Of a DNA stretch of 64,000 bases, positions 43,563 to 53,478 are shown piece by piece. This DNA is from Candidatus Bathyarchaeota archaeon. GTDB lineage: Archaea > Thermoproteota > Bathyarchaeia > Bathyarchaeales > DTEX01. The notes under the pieces are model-generated. The model saw nothing but the letters and a program-made list of their open reading frames with translations, had not been told where the DNA came from and ran no database searches. Location of the stretch: the NCBI GenBank assembly GCA_963714275.1, contig CAVQNT010000002.1, forward strand, positions 320,001-384,000. The letters are read 5' to 3'. The stretch's first letter is position 1. Every line of letters begins with the position of its first letter. A program made the position numbers and the translations under genes.

Positions 43563-44684
43563 TTATAATAGTCTCTTTTCAGCTTCCTTAAGCATGTTGA
43601 TCACAGGTAGATGATAGGGACATTTTTTCTCGCATTCTCCGCATTCAGTGCAGCTATTCACCCTTGTCCGCAGCTTCGGATACTGGTCTCGGGTCCAGTT
43701 CTTTATGCCATAAAATGTGTAGTAAAGGTCCCATCTCAGTATTGTCGGTATCTCAACCGCGTCAGGACACGGCATACACAACCCGCATTCTCTGCAGAAC
43801 GGCTCAGGAGGATTCTGCCCAAATTTGTAAGCTTCCTTCTCGTCCAACGTAAGACCATCATAGTTCTCCGCTGCCTGAACAGCCCAGTCTACCTCCTCCT
43901 TGGACCGAAATCCAGGAATAACCGTATCTACATCATGTGCCAGCACGAACCTCAGGCAACGCTGACTCTTTCCAGTCCGTCTCTCCCGAAATGGGCAATG
44001 AACTCTGAACGGTCAGGCCAATCCAGCTCCCGGCTTTCCAAGGAATCTGGCTTGTCTCTGAGGAAACTCTAATGGACTTCCGCACCCACCCAGCGGCTTC
44101 ATAATTACCAAGCCCACATTGAGATCATTTACGAGTTTGACCAGCTCCTCAGTCGCTTTTCTCTCAAGAACGTTCAGGGGCACAAGAACTGTATCGAACT
44201 CGCCGGTTCTTACTGCCTTCGCCAGAATGTATGGGTTGTGTCCACTTATTCCTATATAGTCGATCTTGCCTTGCGATTTCGCTTCCTTGAGAGCGTTCAA
44301 TGAGCCATCTGGACCCGTAGCCTTCAGGAACTGTTCTTCGCTGTCGACGCCGTGCAGTTGAACAAGGTCTATCCGATCCGTCTGAAGATTCCTAAGACTC
44401 TGTTTTAATCCTGCTCTAGCCGCGTCTTCCCTGGTTCTCTGATGAGTCTTTGTCGCCAAGACGACCCTGTCTCTTACGTCTTTCAATGCGGCGCCTATCT
44501 TTTCTTCACTATCTCCATATGCTCTGGCTGTGTCAAAGTAGGTGATACCCCTCTCGTAGGCGTACCTCACCACCTTTTCTGCCTCAGCCCTCGACCGGGC
44601 TATGATCGGTATTCCACCGAAACCAACGACTGATACTTCCAGACCCGTTCTCCCAAGCATTCTCTTCTTCAAATCAGTCACCAC
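43563..44684 (-). CDS. aldo/keto reductase with C-terminal 4Fe-4S domain; two frameshifts (~44029, ~43966)
   Basis: FDTARAYG, ATKT, MKPLGG, CRECGLCMPCP, CTECGECEKKCP. Confidence 0.9.
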
Positions 44685-44769
44685 ACCTTTCTTCTCGGGC
44701 CAAACCTTAAAATAGGCTCCTTACGGGTCACAGTTGTTCAGGAAAGTAATAAAGATTGCAGTCTTTCGT

Positions 44770-45135
44770 TTATTTTTCCTTCATTATCGAGAACCTTTTC
44801 GCCAGCCATAGTGACTGGACTTGCGTTATAAATTTGGCTTTGCCCTTCGGAGACTCTTTTTCGACGGCTTTAATTATTTCCCTTATTTCAGAAAGTTTTT
44901 TGGCTGCCACAATGCCCTTTTCGGTAAGGAAGGTCCGTCTTTCTTGAGACACGTTACTCATAGCAACCTCATCTATTAGACCATGTTTTTGGAGAACCTT
45001 GATAACTTGATATATGGTTTCCGTGGAAGCATCCACGTTCTTTTTTATTGCTGACCTGTTTGCAGCGTAATCTTTTTGTTCATAAAGGAAACTTAATAGT
45101 TGAATTGTTTCAATTTCAAAGTCCTGTAGTGGCAT
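44770..45135 (-). CDS. winged-helix regulator
   Basis: KVLQKHGLI..FLTEKG. Confidence 0.7.
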   Translation of the reverse strand: MPLQDFEIETIQLLSFLYEQKDYAANRSAIKKNVDASTETIYQVIKVLQKHGLIDEVAMSNVSQERRTFLTEKGIVAAKKLSEIREIIKAVEKESPKGKAKFITQVQSLWLAKRFSIMKEK

Positions 45136-45380
45136 CGGCGTTCAATTTTTAGATGTAGGTTTATGTTCTATTTAAGTAGCAGTGGATGACACTAAGAAGG
45201 GGGCAAGGGTTGCCGGCAGACCTAACCGCAGGGCTAATCACACAGGAACAGCATGAGTTTGCTTGCTTCGCATTAAGTAACACGTAAGTGCCTTAATTGG
45301 ATTCTTATTCGTGCGCGATGGTTTCGTAGTAGCATTGATGAAAAGAAAAAGATATTCAAATAGGAAAATGTTATGATAAA

Positions 45381-46559
45381 TTGGTTATCTTGTTTGAAGG
45401 AAGGTCTAGGGTTCGACCAGTCGAGTGTAAAGTTTGCGGTAAAAATTCTTTGTTGATTTCAGGTTGCCTACAAGTCTGTGTAAACTGTCTACGAGAAGAA
45501 CCTAAAGCATCTTTACCCTTCTTAAAGGAAGTGCATTCGAGAATAAGGTCCCATTTCGGATTGCCAGAAGCTCCACCGAAGAGTCCTGACGGAATCCCAT
45601 GCAAAGTCTGTGCTAATGAATGCACAATGGGAAAAAGTGAAACCAGTTACTGCGGGATGAAGAGAAACGTTAACGGAAGGTTAGACTCTCTCATAAACCC
45701 AAAAACGGGAATCTTACACTATTACTTGGACAAGCAGGTGACGAACTGTTGCGCTGCTTGGTTCTGTCCTGCAGGAACCGGCGTAGGTTACCCTCAATAC
45801 GCTTACAGGCGTGGCCCCGAATATGGCTACCAGAATTTAGCAATCTTCTTCTATGGTTGCAACTTTGACTGTCTCTTCTGCCAGAACGCATCACACAAGA
45901 ATATTTCGGCTGGTCAAGCAGTAAGTGTGGAGGAGCTTGTCGCAGAGACCAAGAGAAACCGTTCTGTCTCCTGTTGGTGCTTCTTCGGAGGGTCACCTGA
46001 ACCTCAGCTTCCGTTCGCAATCAAAGCCTCTAAAACTGTACTGGAAGAAACGCCGAAAAGAGTACTAAGGATATGCTTTGAATGGAATGGATGTGGCAAT
46101 ACGAAGCTTGTCCACAGAGCTGCTGAACTTTCATTAGTCAGCGGAGGCAACATCAAGTTTGACCTCAAATGCTTCGATCCTACGATAAGCTACGCCTTAA
46201 GTGGCGTCTCAAACCAGAGAGCCTACGAGAACTTTAAGATGATTGCTCAAGAGTTCTGTTCTCAAAGACCAGGTCTTCCTCTCTTAACAGCGACTACACT
46301 GTTGGTTCCGGGTTATGTTGACAGGATCGAGGTCGAAAAAATCGCTGAGTTCATAGCGGATCTCGACCCCAAGATTCCATATAGCCTGCTTGTTTTTCAT
46401 CCAGACTTCATGTTGACTGATCTCCAAATTACACCTTTAGAACAGACAATAGAATGTTACAGAGCAGCCAAGAAACATCTTGAAAAAGTGAATGTTGGGA
46501 ACCTTCAAACGCTTGGTATACAAAGAATGGCAGATTTTAAAAAGAGAGTGAACAGCTGA
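45381..46559 (+). CDS. radical SAM protein (PflA/AmmeMemoRadiSam-like)
   Basis: GCNFDCLFCQN, GGSPEP, TLLVPGY. Confidence 0.9.
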   Translation: MVILFEGRSRVRPVECKVCGKNSLLISGCLQVCVNCLREEPKASLPFLKEVHSRIRSHFGLPEAPPKSPDGIPCKVCANECTMGKSETSYCGMKRNVNGRLDSLINPKTGILHYYLDKQVTNCCAAWFCPAGTGVGYPQYAYRRGPEYGYQNLAIFFYGCNFDCLFCQNASHKNISAGQAVSVEELVAETKRNRSVSCWCFFGGSPEPQLPFAIKASKTVLEETPKRVLRICFEWNGCGNTKLVHRAAELSLVSGGNIKFDLKCFDPTISYALSGVSNQRAYENFKMIAQEFCSQRPGLPLLTATTLLVPGYVDRIEVEKIAEFIADLDPKIPYSLLVFHPDFMLTDLQITPLEQTIECYRAAKKHLEKVNVGNLQTLGIQRMADFKKRVNS

Positions 46560-46772
46560 TAATGCCAATTATTGAAGCCTTTGTCTATCTTAACGCGCGT
46601 TGTCATCCTATGTAAACCTTTAAGAGCATCAGTTGGTGAGCGCGACAGTTTGGGTTGGGAATAAATTTTGATAAAAAAATTATGCCTGGTCTTTTTTGAT
46701 TACGTCTATACCAAGCAAATGCCTAGCCATGATCATATGCAAGTGAGGACCCATGGATAGTAGCTAGTCAGC

Positions 46773-46886
46773 TATGCGTCGTATCCGTTTTCGTTCTTTT
46801 TTCTGATGAGGGGATTAGGTGTCGTTAGGAAGCTTGGTCTTCCCGGGGTTGGTGGGAGTGATGCTCATTATGCTCAGGCTAGCTAG
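46773..46886 (+). pseudogene. internal fragment of a PHP-domain gene
   Basis: RKLGLPGVGGSDAHYAQ between two motif clusters. Confidence 0.75.
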
Positions 46887-46989
46887 CTAGAATCTCTTAG
46901 CTACGTTTAAATCAAGGAGAATCTGGCTTATTGAAATTTCTAATCCTTTTTTAAGCTAGAATACTTCCAGTGAAGGGCATTCTCCTATC

Positions 46990-47127
46990 TCACTCGGTTT
47001 GTCGTTGACGCCAAAGGTTGTATGGGCACTGTCTCCAACAACACGTGCTACCCTTCAATGAGCAAACCTTACACTCAGCGCTGTCAAAAGGTTTAATCCT
47101 TCTAATCCTCCCAGTTTTACTATCCAA
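46990..47127 (-). CDS. 45-aa Cys-rich protein (below the ORF-track cutoff)
   Basis: MDSKTGRIRRIKPFDSAECKVCSLKGSTCCWRQCPYNLWRQRQTE, directly downstream of the AAA-Lon gene. Confidence 0.55.
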   Translation of the reverse strand: MDSKTGRIRRIKPFDSAECKVCSLKGSTCCWRQCPYNLWRQRQTE

Positions 47128-47158
47128 CGATGCCCACAATAAGGAAGGTAGCCTTAAT

Positions 47159-49873
47159 TTATTCTTTTCTTGGAATTCTCCTCACTTTGAGGTTCTTCAG
47201 AAGGTCTTCTTGCGATGAAAATCCAAGCATACTCTCTACAGCTGCTTCTAGAAATGTTTGTACTGGAACAATCTTAACTTTTTTTTCCAGCAACATCTTC
47301 TCAGTGTCAAACTCTCCAAGTCTCTCATAATTGTACCTAGGTATCACAAGCTTGCGGGCGAATCTGTCAGATAGAGCTGCCTCGATTTTTCCCATCCCTC
47401 TGTAATCTAGGCCGCCGACAGGCCAGACCTCGCCTCTCGCTGTTATAGCGCCGGTCATTATTACAGTTGAGTCTACCTCCATGTTCAGGAAGGCTGAAAG
47501 CATCGCCACAGCGATCGCGATGCCTGCTGAAGGCCCAGAAACTGGAGGTCTAGTTATTCCCCAGCCAACTATTTGTTTCTCCATTCCCTTGGCTGGTGTT
47601 ACCAACTCAACATAGACATCGTACTTCCTGAACCTCCAACGCGAGATGGAGTTAATGTATATGAAAGCATCTTGGGCGCTGGCGAGGATGCTTTCTCCAG
47701 CCTCGCTTCCAATTATCTGTACTCTTCCCGATCCCTGTGGATTAACTACTACTTCGATGACTCCTACGAGACCCCCAAGTTCACCTCGTTCGCCTAAGGC
47801 TATTAGCCCGTAGCTTTTGCCGATCTCGGGGGTTTGGACTCTTATGGTGCGCTGGATCATACTTTGGGCTTCTACTTGTTCGTCGAAAGTGCTCTCTAGA
47901 GACTTCTCGAAGTGGTACAACCTAAGTGGATAATTGGATGGGTCAACTTTCCCCAGTTTTTCTGCAAGTTCAGGATCCTCTGCTTTGATCTTTAGGTTTT
48001 CAAACAGCCTCTCAAGATCGGCCTTGAATAACTCTTTTACCTTTTCAGTCTTCTCCTGCCCGTACTTCATCGCTTCTAGGAGCTTACGGCATGCCTCCAG
48101 CTCTTTAGTTCTCAGACGGTTCGCATCGTCAATTGCATCTGCGATCTTCCTAGGGCTGAGTATCTTCTTCTCAAAAACCCTGAGAACATCATCTGTAGTT
48201 GTCGCCTTCTCTAACATGTCATGATAACGCCGGAGGTGTACTTCCAGGATCTCCTTTTTTTCAGCCTTGTTTTTAGGATAGGTGAAGTCGAAGTTACGCG
48301 TAAAACGTTCTAGAAGGGCAGAATCAAGTATCTCAGCCCTATTTGTAGCTCCGATCACTACGACATTTGTTAGGGGTGTGAAGCCATCTATCTCGGTAAG
48401 GAGCTGAGAGACTACACGGTCAACAATCGGGTCCTGGGTCCCCCTTTTTGGAGCAATAGAATCTATCTCGTCGAAAAAGATGATTGCAGGAGCATTCTTA
48501 CGTGCATCCTCGAAGATGTCTCGAATAGTCTTCTCAGGGTCCCCATAATGGCCTTGAAGTATAGAGGGACCATTTATGTTGTAGAACCATACATCGTTCT
48601 CGCCGGCGATTGCCTTTGCCAACAGAGTCTTTCCAGTTCCTGGGGGCCCATAGAAAATGAAGCCCTTTGGAGGATGATATCCAGCCTTCACAGCCAAATC
48701 AGCGTCCAAAGCTAAGGATATCTCCTTGATTATCTCTTCCTTAACTCCGTGAAGACCCCCAACATCATTGTACCTTTCCCTCGGCGCGATCCGGTTTCCG
48801 GCTCTCTTCGCTGCTTCAGTCTTCTCTTGAGACGTGTAGGTTTTAAGTCTTCGAGCTGCGGCTCGGAAATCATTTATTGTGACAAGCTTCCCCAGGTTCA
48901 CTTTTTTGGTACTCTTTTTCTTGACTAAATTGACTAGTTGCTGCTGGATTGGTCGGGATTTCTCCGTCATAACGATATCGAAGGCGTTAACTATGTCTGC
49001 TGGCGTTAGGCGGGTGCTTCCAACTGCCCTAAGCGAGTCTTCAAGGACCTCCACGATCTCGACTGGGTTCAGCGTTATGTCGTATTTACGATTCTGCCTA
49101 CGCGCTATCTCTATGAGCATTAGGCGATTCGTGCCTGCGTCCAGATCAATAGTGCCTACGAGACCCCTTCTACGAAGCGTCTCTGTGATTGTTTCGTATT
49201 CGCTCGTGGCAATCAGCAAGACACACCTATAATTTCTCTTCTGCAACTGGTCAATCTTCTCTAAAAAGACGGTTTGGACCCTTTTCTCCTCCATTCCCAC
49301 TTCTGTTGTTGAAGAGAACCTGCTTCCGAAGGCTTGAAACTCATCGATTAGAATAATGCTTGGTTTTTCAAAAGCTTCTTGAAAGAAAGCCCCAAGCTGC
49401 TGTGCGCTCCTTCCATACCACATGGTGTAAACATTTTCAGGCTTTAAATAGGCATAGTGCACAAGCATGCCGTACTTTAAGCCTTCATCAAACACTGCTC
49501 TTTGACAAGCCTCAGCGAAAAAGGTCTTGCCGCTGCCAGATCCACCCTTCAAAATAAACACTTTTGATGGTGGCACGGGGCAGGTTTTCCGAATTTCAGG
49601 ATCTCTGTAGACGTGGTAATGAGCGCTAACCAAGATCCTGCTGAAATCATCTTCTCCGCCTACGACATCCTCTCTCCTAACGTTTGGGAAGTCCATCCTT
49701 TTCCGTATCTTCTTCGCACGTCTTTCCGCTTCGCTCCTCCGTTTTTCAGGAGGCTTTTGGAGAAATCTCCACAACCTGTACTGCCACGAGGAAACATAGA
49801 GTAATGGCGCGAAAGATTTTCTAATCCTGGGCTTGGAGTGCCACCACTGGTCTACAAATTCATCTTCTTCCAT
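47159..49873 (-). CDS. tandem AAA ATPase fused to Lon (S16) protease domain
   Basis: GGSGSGKT/LIDEFQ; GPPGTGKT/FFDEID/GATNR; SGPSAG, MTGAI, PVGG, GKIEAA. Confidence 0.9.
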   Translation of the reverse strand: MEEDEFVDQWWHSKPRIRKSFAPLLYVSSWQYRLWRFLQKPPEKRRSEAERRAKKIRKRMDFPNVRREDVVGGEDDFSRILVSAHYHVYRDPEIRKTCPVPPSKVFILKGGSGSGKTFFAEACQRAVFDEGLKYGMLVHYAYLKPENVYTMWYGRSAQQLGAFFQEAFEKPSIILIDEFQAFGSRFSSTTEVGMEEKRVQTVFLEKIDQLQKRNYRCVLLIATSEYETITETLRRRGLVGTIDLDAGTNRLMLIEIARRQNRKYDITLNPVEIVEVLEDSLRAVGSTRLTPADIVNAFDIVMTEKSRPIQQQLVNLVKKKSTKKVNLGKLVTINDFRAAARRLKTYTSQEKTEAAKRAGNRIAPRERYNDVGGLHGVKEEIIKEISLALDADLAVKAGYHPPKGFIFYGPPGTGKTLLAKAIAGENDVWFYNINGPSILQGHYGDPEKTIRDIFEDARKNAPAIIFFDEIDSIAPKRGTQDPIVDRVVSQLLTEIDGFTPLTNVVVIGATNRAEILDSALLERFTRNFDFTYPKNKAEKKEILEVHLRRYHDMLEKATTTDDVLRVFEKKILSPRKIADAIDDANRLRTKELEACRKLLEAMKYGQEKTEKVKELFKADLERLFENLKIKAEDPELAEKLGKVDPSNYPLRLYHFEKSLESTFDEQVEAQSMIQRTIRVQTPEIGKSYGLIALGERGELGGLVGVIEVVVNPQGSGRVQIIGSEAGESILASAQDAFIYINSISRWRFRKYDVYVELVTPAKGMEKQIVGWGITRPPVSGPSAGIAIAVAMLSAFLNMEVDSTVIMTGAITARGEVWPVGGLDYRGMGKIEAALSDRFARKLVIPRYNYERLGEFDTEKMLLEKKVKIVPVQTFLEAAVESMLGFSSQEDLLKNLKVRRIPRKE

Positions 49874-49875
49874 CG

Positions 49876-50655
49876 TTAAACGCCTGCTGGTAATGTGAAG
49901 GTTGTGAAAGTGTAAAGCTCGTATATCGCTAAGGCGCTTATGGCTATCACTACGACACAGAGGATCCAGCGTTTATTTGATACGATTTCCTTCTTGTTCT
50001 TGAAGTAGGTATCTAAGAAGAGGAAAACATTGGAATACGCTATGAGACCCGCGGCTGCTAAGAGTAATATCGAATTAAACGGCGTGGGAAGCTCGATGAA
50101 AAAAAAGTTGGAGGTTCTGCTATTAACATTTAACAAAATATTTATCGTCCAGTTTCCAGGCGGACGAGTGTAAGGACCCCTCAAATCAACAAAAGATTCA
50201 TGCGTTTTCACGTTTTTTCCATAGAAGTCAAAATAGAAGGCGAAATCTCGTACATAAACACTTATTAAATAATCCCAAGGCATGTCACTTCGAAAAGTGA
50301 TTGTTAGGTTATAAAGACCACCGGATTGGGGACGTACCCAGATAGCTGTTGTGTTTGTTTTGTAATAAGGGTCTGTGTAGCTTGTCGATATTGATAGATC
50401 AAAGGGAAGGCTTCTACTCAGGGGCGTACATACAACTGATGTATATTCCACGGGATTAACATAGACTGTAAGAGTATCCCCTTCAACAGCATCCAAATCG
50501 TAGCGATCGACATATTCCAAGTTCGCAGCACATATTACCCTAGGACAAATAAGAAACACCAACAAAAGAAGCGCGAAAAATATCGAAAGCAGTTCGATAG
50601 ATAAATGCCTTCGTAATTCTTTCGTGAACATGTTCTTTGTTCCGAGCATTTTCAA
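49876..50655 (-). CDS. membrane protein (signal/TM, extracellular beta domain, 2 TM)
   Basis: Ends 2 bp before the AAA-Lon start. Confidence 0.7.
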   Translation of the reverse strand: MKMLGTKNMFTKELRRHLSIELLSIFFALLLLVFLICPRVICAANLEYVDRYDLDAVEGDTLTVYVNPVEYTSVVCTPLSRSLPFDLSISTSYTDPYYKTNTTAIWVRPQSGGLYNLTITFRSDMPWDYLISVYVRDFAFYFDFYGKNVKTHESFVDLRGPYTRPPGNWTINILLNVNSRTSNFFFIELPTPFNSILLLAAAGLIAYSNVFLFLDTYFKNKKEIVSNKRWILCVVVIAISALAIYELYTFTTFTLPAGV

Positions 50656-50872
50656 AATACTCCTTGCATAATATACTGAGAAATCTCTTCAATAAAGATT
50701 TCTGAAGGAGAAAATAGTTATAGCACTTATATTGCCCTTTCAACCTGCGCTAATTAAGCAGATGAATCTCCGGCTCTAAAGATGATGGCATCAGTTCCAA
50801 CTTCGTTGCAAGGTAGAAATCCATTATCATGAGCCGGATATGAGAGGTTTCGGAATCTAACTTCTCAACAAT

Positions 50873-51032
50873 GCTAGCTCAGCTATTCTCTTCATATCCA
50901 TATGCTAAAGTAAGGGAGAGGAACTACATTGATCGTTATATGTAGTATAGATAGGGATAGGCAAGTATTGGGTTTGGGTTGGGCGCTTAATTTTAAGGTA
51001 GATTCAGATGAATTTGACTAGTAGCTAGCTAA
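50873..51032 (-). repeat. divergent copy of the CCCAAACCC repeat unit, bounded by motif clusters
   Basis: Minus strand CCCAACCCAAACCCAATACTT resembles 37427-37447. Confidence 0.65.
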
Positions 51033-51930
51033 AACCACGGTGCAAGCCGAGCTTCCTAGCGTAATCAACTACTTTAAGATATTCAGTTGAGGTAGGTCTT
51101 CTACTCAATTCTTCGTATTCGTAGGCTCTGCCACATGGCCTGTACTGAGCCATTATGTTTACATAGCATTCTTTTGAAAGCTCTTCTGAAATAAATTCTA
51201 AAACTTTCTCGCTTCCAGCAAGATTATTCGGTAACACGAGATGTCTAATTAATAGCCCTCTGTAGGCAATTCCCCTCTCATCAACCTTCAAATCTCCTAC
51301 TTGACGATGCATCTCTTTGACAGCCTCTTTGCAACGTTCAAAATAATCTGGTGCATTAGAGTATTTCTTCGCGGGTTCGCTTCCGCTATACTTTATGTCC
51401 GGCTTGTAGATGTCCACTATACCATCAAGCAGTCTTATTGTCTCCACGTTTTCGTATCCGCTGCAGTTCCAAAATATTGGTAGCTTCAAACCTCTTCCGG
51501 CAGCAACAGAGATTGCTTTCACAAGTTGCGGTGTAAAGTGGGTTGGTGTAACAAGATTAATATTATGACATCCCCTACTCTGTAGGTTGAGCATAATTTC
51601 GGCCGCTTCACCTATAGATGTCTCTTCGCCGTAACCTAGATGACTTATCTCGTAATTTTGACAATAGATGCATAGCAGATTGCAGTTTGTTAAGAAAATC
51701 GTGCCCGAGCCGTTTCTACCAGTAATCTCTGGCTCCTCTCCAAAATGTGGGCCATAACTTGAAATGATAAGTTCATTACCAGACCTGCAATATCCCTTCT
51801 TTCCTTCTAATCTATTTGCTCTGCATTTTCTTGGGCAGAGCTCACATGACTCAAGTATTTTGTAGAGCCTCACTATTCTTTCATCTAATTCTCCACTTTC
51901 ATACAGTTTAAGATAACTTGATGCAAACAT
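51025..51930 (-). CDS. PflX-like radical SAM protein
   Basis: CELCPRKC, HFGEEP, CNLLCIYCQN, NINLVTPTH, RHLVLP. Confidence 0.92.
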   Translation of the reverse strand: MFASSYLKLYESGELDERIVRLYKILESCELCPRKCRANRLEGKKGYCRSGNELIISSYGPHFGEEPEITGRNGSGTIFLTNCNLLCIYCQNYEISHLGYGEETSIGEAAEIMLNLQSRGCHNINLVTPTHFTPQLVKAISVAAGRGLKLPIFWNCSGYENVETIRLLDGIVDIYKPDIKYSGSEPAKKYSNAPDYFERCKEAVKEMHRQVGDLKVDERGIAYRGLLIRHLVLPNNLAGSEKVLEFISEELSKECYVNIMAQYRPCGRAYEYEELSRRPTSTEYLKVVDYARKLGLHRGFS

Positions 51931-51931
51931 A

Positions 51932-52480
51932 CTAATGATTCCTGTTTTTCTCTTTTAACTTGAACTTACACTGCGGACAGAGGTCAGGCCCTTTCAGGTC
52001 AGTGTCAAAAACGCTGTTTGAGAAGTGCATTACACAGGCGGGGTCGGGGCAGTATCCTAGTCCGAAGGTGTGGCCTGATTCATGGACGGATTCCTTGACA
52101 AGGCGACTGAAGAACAACTCTGGACTAGGAGCTTCCCCGTAGAACTCGGGTCTCAGCCTATGTGTTGAGACTACAGCGATTCCCGTGCCAGGATCAGCCT
52201 CCCCGAAGACGAAGTTAAGATTTCCAGCGTAAAGGTCCACCGACTCCACAGCCAACATCCTCTCGTCATCTCCTTTCTTGACACTGTTTCGGAGGAACTG
52301 AAGAATCAAGGTTGAGTTATATTGTCCCCTACTTCGGTTGAGGCAGCTAGAAGGAGGATGAGTGACTTGATCATCGAGAATTATTCGACTTTTTGGGAAA
52401 GCCTCTACAAGTTTATCTTCCAATTCTCGAAGAACATCTTGATCCAGCTTACCATTAGACAAGAATCTTACACGAATCAA
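51932..52480 (-). CDS. amzA: archaemetzincin (peptidase M54)
   Basis: DLY..LNFVFG, HESGHTFGLGYC, CVMHFS, CPQC. Confidence 0.88.
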   Translation of the reverse strand: MIRVRFLSNGKLDQDVLRELEDKLVEAFPKSRIILDDQVTHPPSSCLNRSRGQYNSTLILQFLRNSVKKGDDERMLAVESVDLYAGNLNFVFGEADPGTGIAVVSTHRLRPEFYGEAPSPELFFSRLVKESVHESGHTFGLGYCPDPACVMHFSNSVFDTDLKGPDLCPQCKFKLKEKNRNH

Positions 52481-52661
52481 GATTAGATCGCCTATAAATT
52501 GTGATAAGCATGCTTCCGCTTTACTTATTCAAAATGCTAGTCAGCTACATCGCAGCCCAAACGTATGCCCAAACCATGTGTCCGAGGAAAAACAATCCGA
52601 AGTCTCCTTAATTGCTTCCTCTTGTAATATATTCCAACCTAAAAACTAAATATGCTTTCAG

Positions 52662-52744
52662 CTAGGATCGTCTGGTCGTCAGCTATTCCTTTTGTAATTG
52701 CTGACTGTTTGACCAGGCGATTCTGGATTCGGTTTTTATTCCTG
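52662..52744. repeat. bulged hairpin repeat, copy 2
   Basis: Same stems as 27336-27417, different loop. Confidence 0.85.
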
Positions 52745-53478
52745 ATTAATTGCTTGTTTTAGCTGAGCTATACTGAATTCTTTAATAATTACTATAGTAG
52801 CTAGCCGGCTCTTGTTCGTAAAAATTGGTTGTTTTTTGTTGCTTTTTGTTGTTTTTTGTCACTTTTTGTGTGTGATCTGAAAAAAAGGGTTTTGTTTGAG
52901 GACGTTTAAAAAGGGTGGTTTTTATTGGCATGTCAAGTTTTTCTCGAGTTTTCCCTATGCTGCGAAGCTTGCCATTGTCGCCATCAGTATGCCAAGGGTG
53001 CCTGAAGAAATTTAAAAATGCGGTTTCAGTTTCTGCTTTCATCATTTCTTCCGATACAGTGTATAACTTTTCCGCTAAAATCAAAAACTGGCTTAGCTAA
53101 TGGAATCTTCATTCCAAAACACTCGCTTAAAGGAGATCATAGGTTCATTTCAATAAAAACTATGACATTATGTCAGCAAAGTAATGTTCCAAGGAATTAT
53201 TATTCAGTTTTTCATATCACTCAAATAAAAACGCCTATGGAAAAACCAGTTATTTTTCTATATCAGTGTTCTTTACGCTAAATCTAAACACCAACTATGT
53301 TCAACCATAAACAACAAAGCGATTATCAAACTCAAACTAATGCAAAATTGTATTGTACAACCAAAGTTCAAAAAACAGATAAAAGAACCCGGCATTTTGC
53401 ACTCGCTAGAGATGTGTACGAAGTGCGTAGGAAGGCTTAAATATCGAATTAGGACCGTTAAACGGTGGAGGCATCGAT

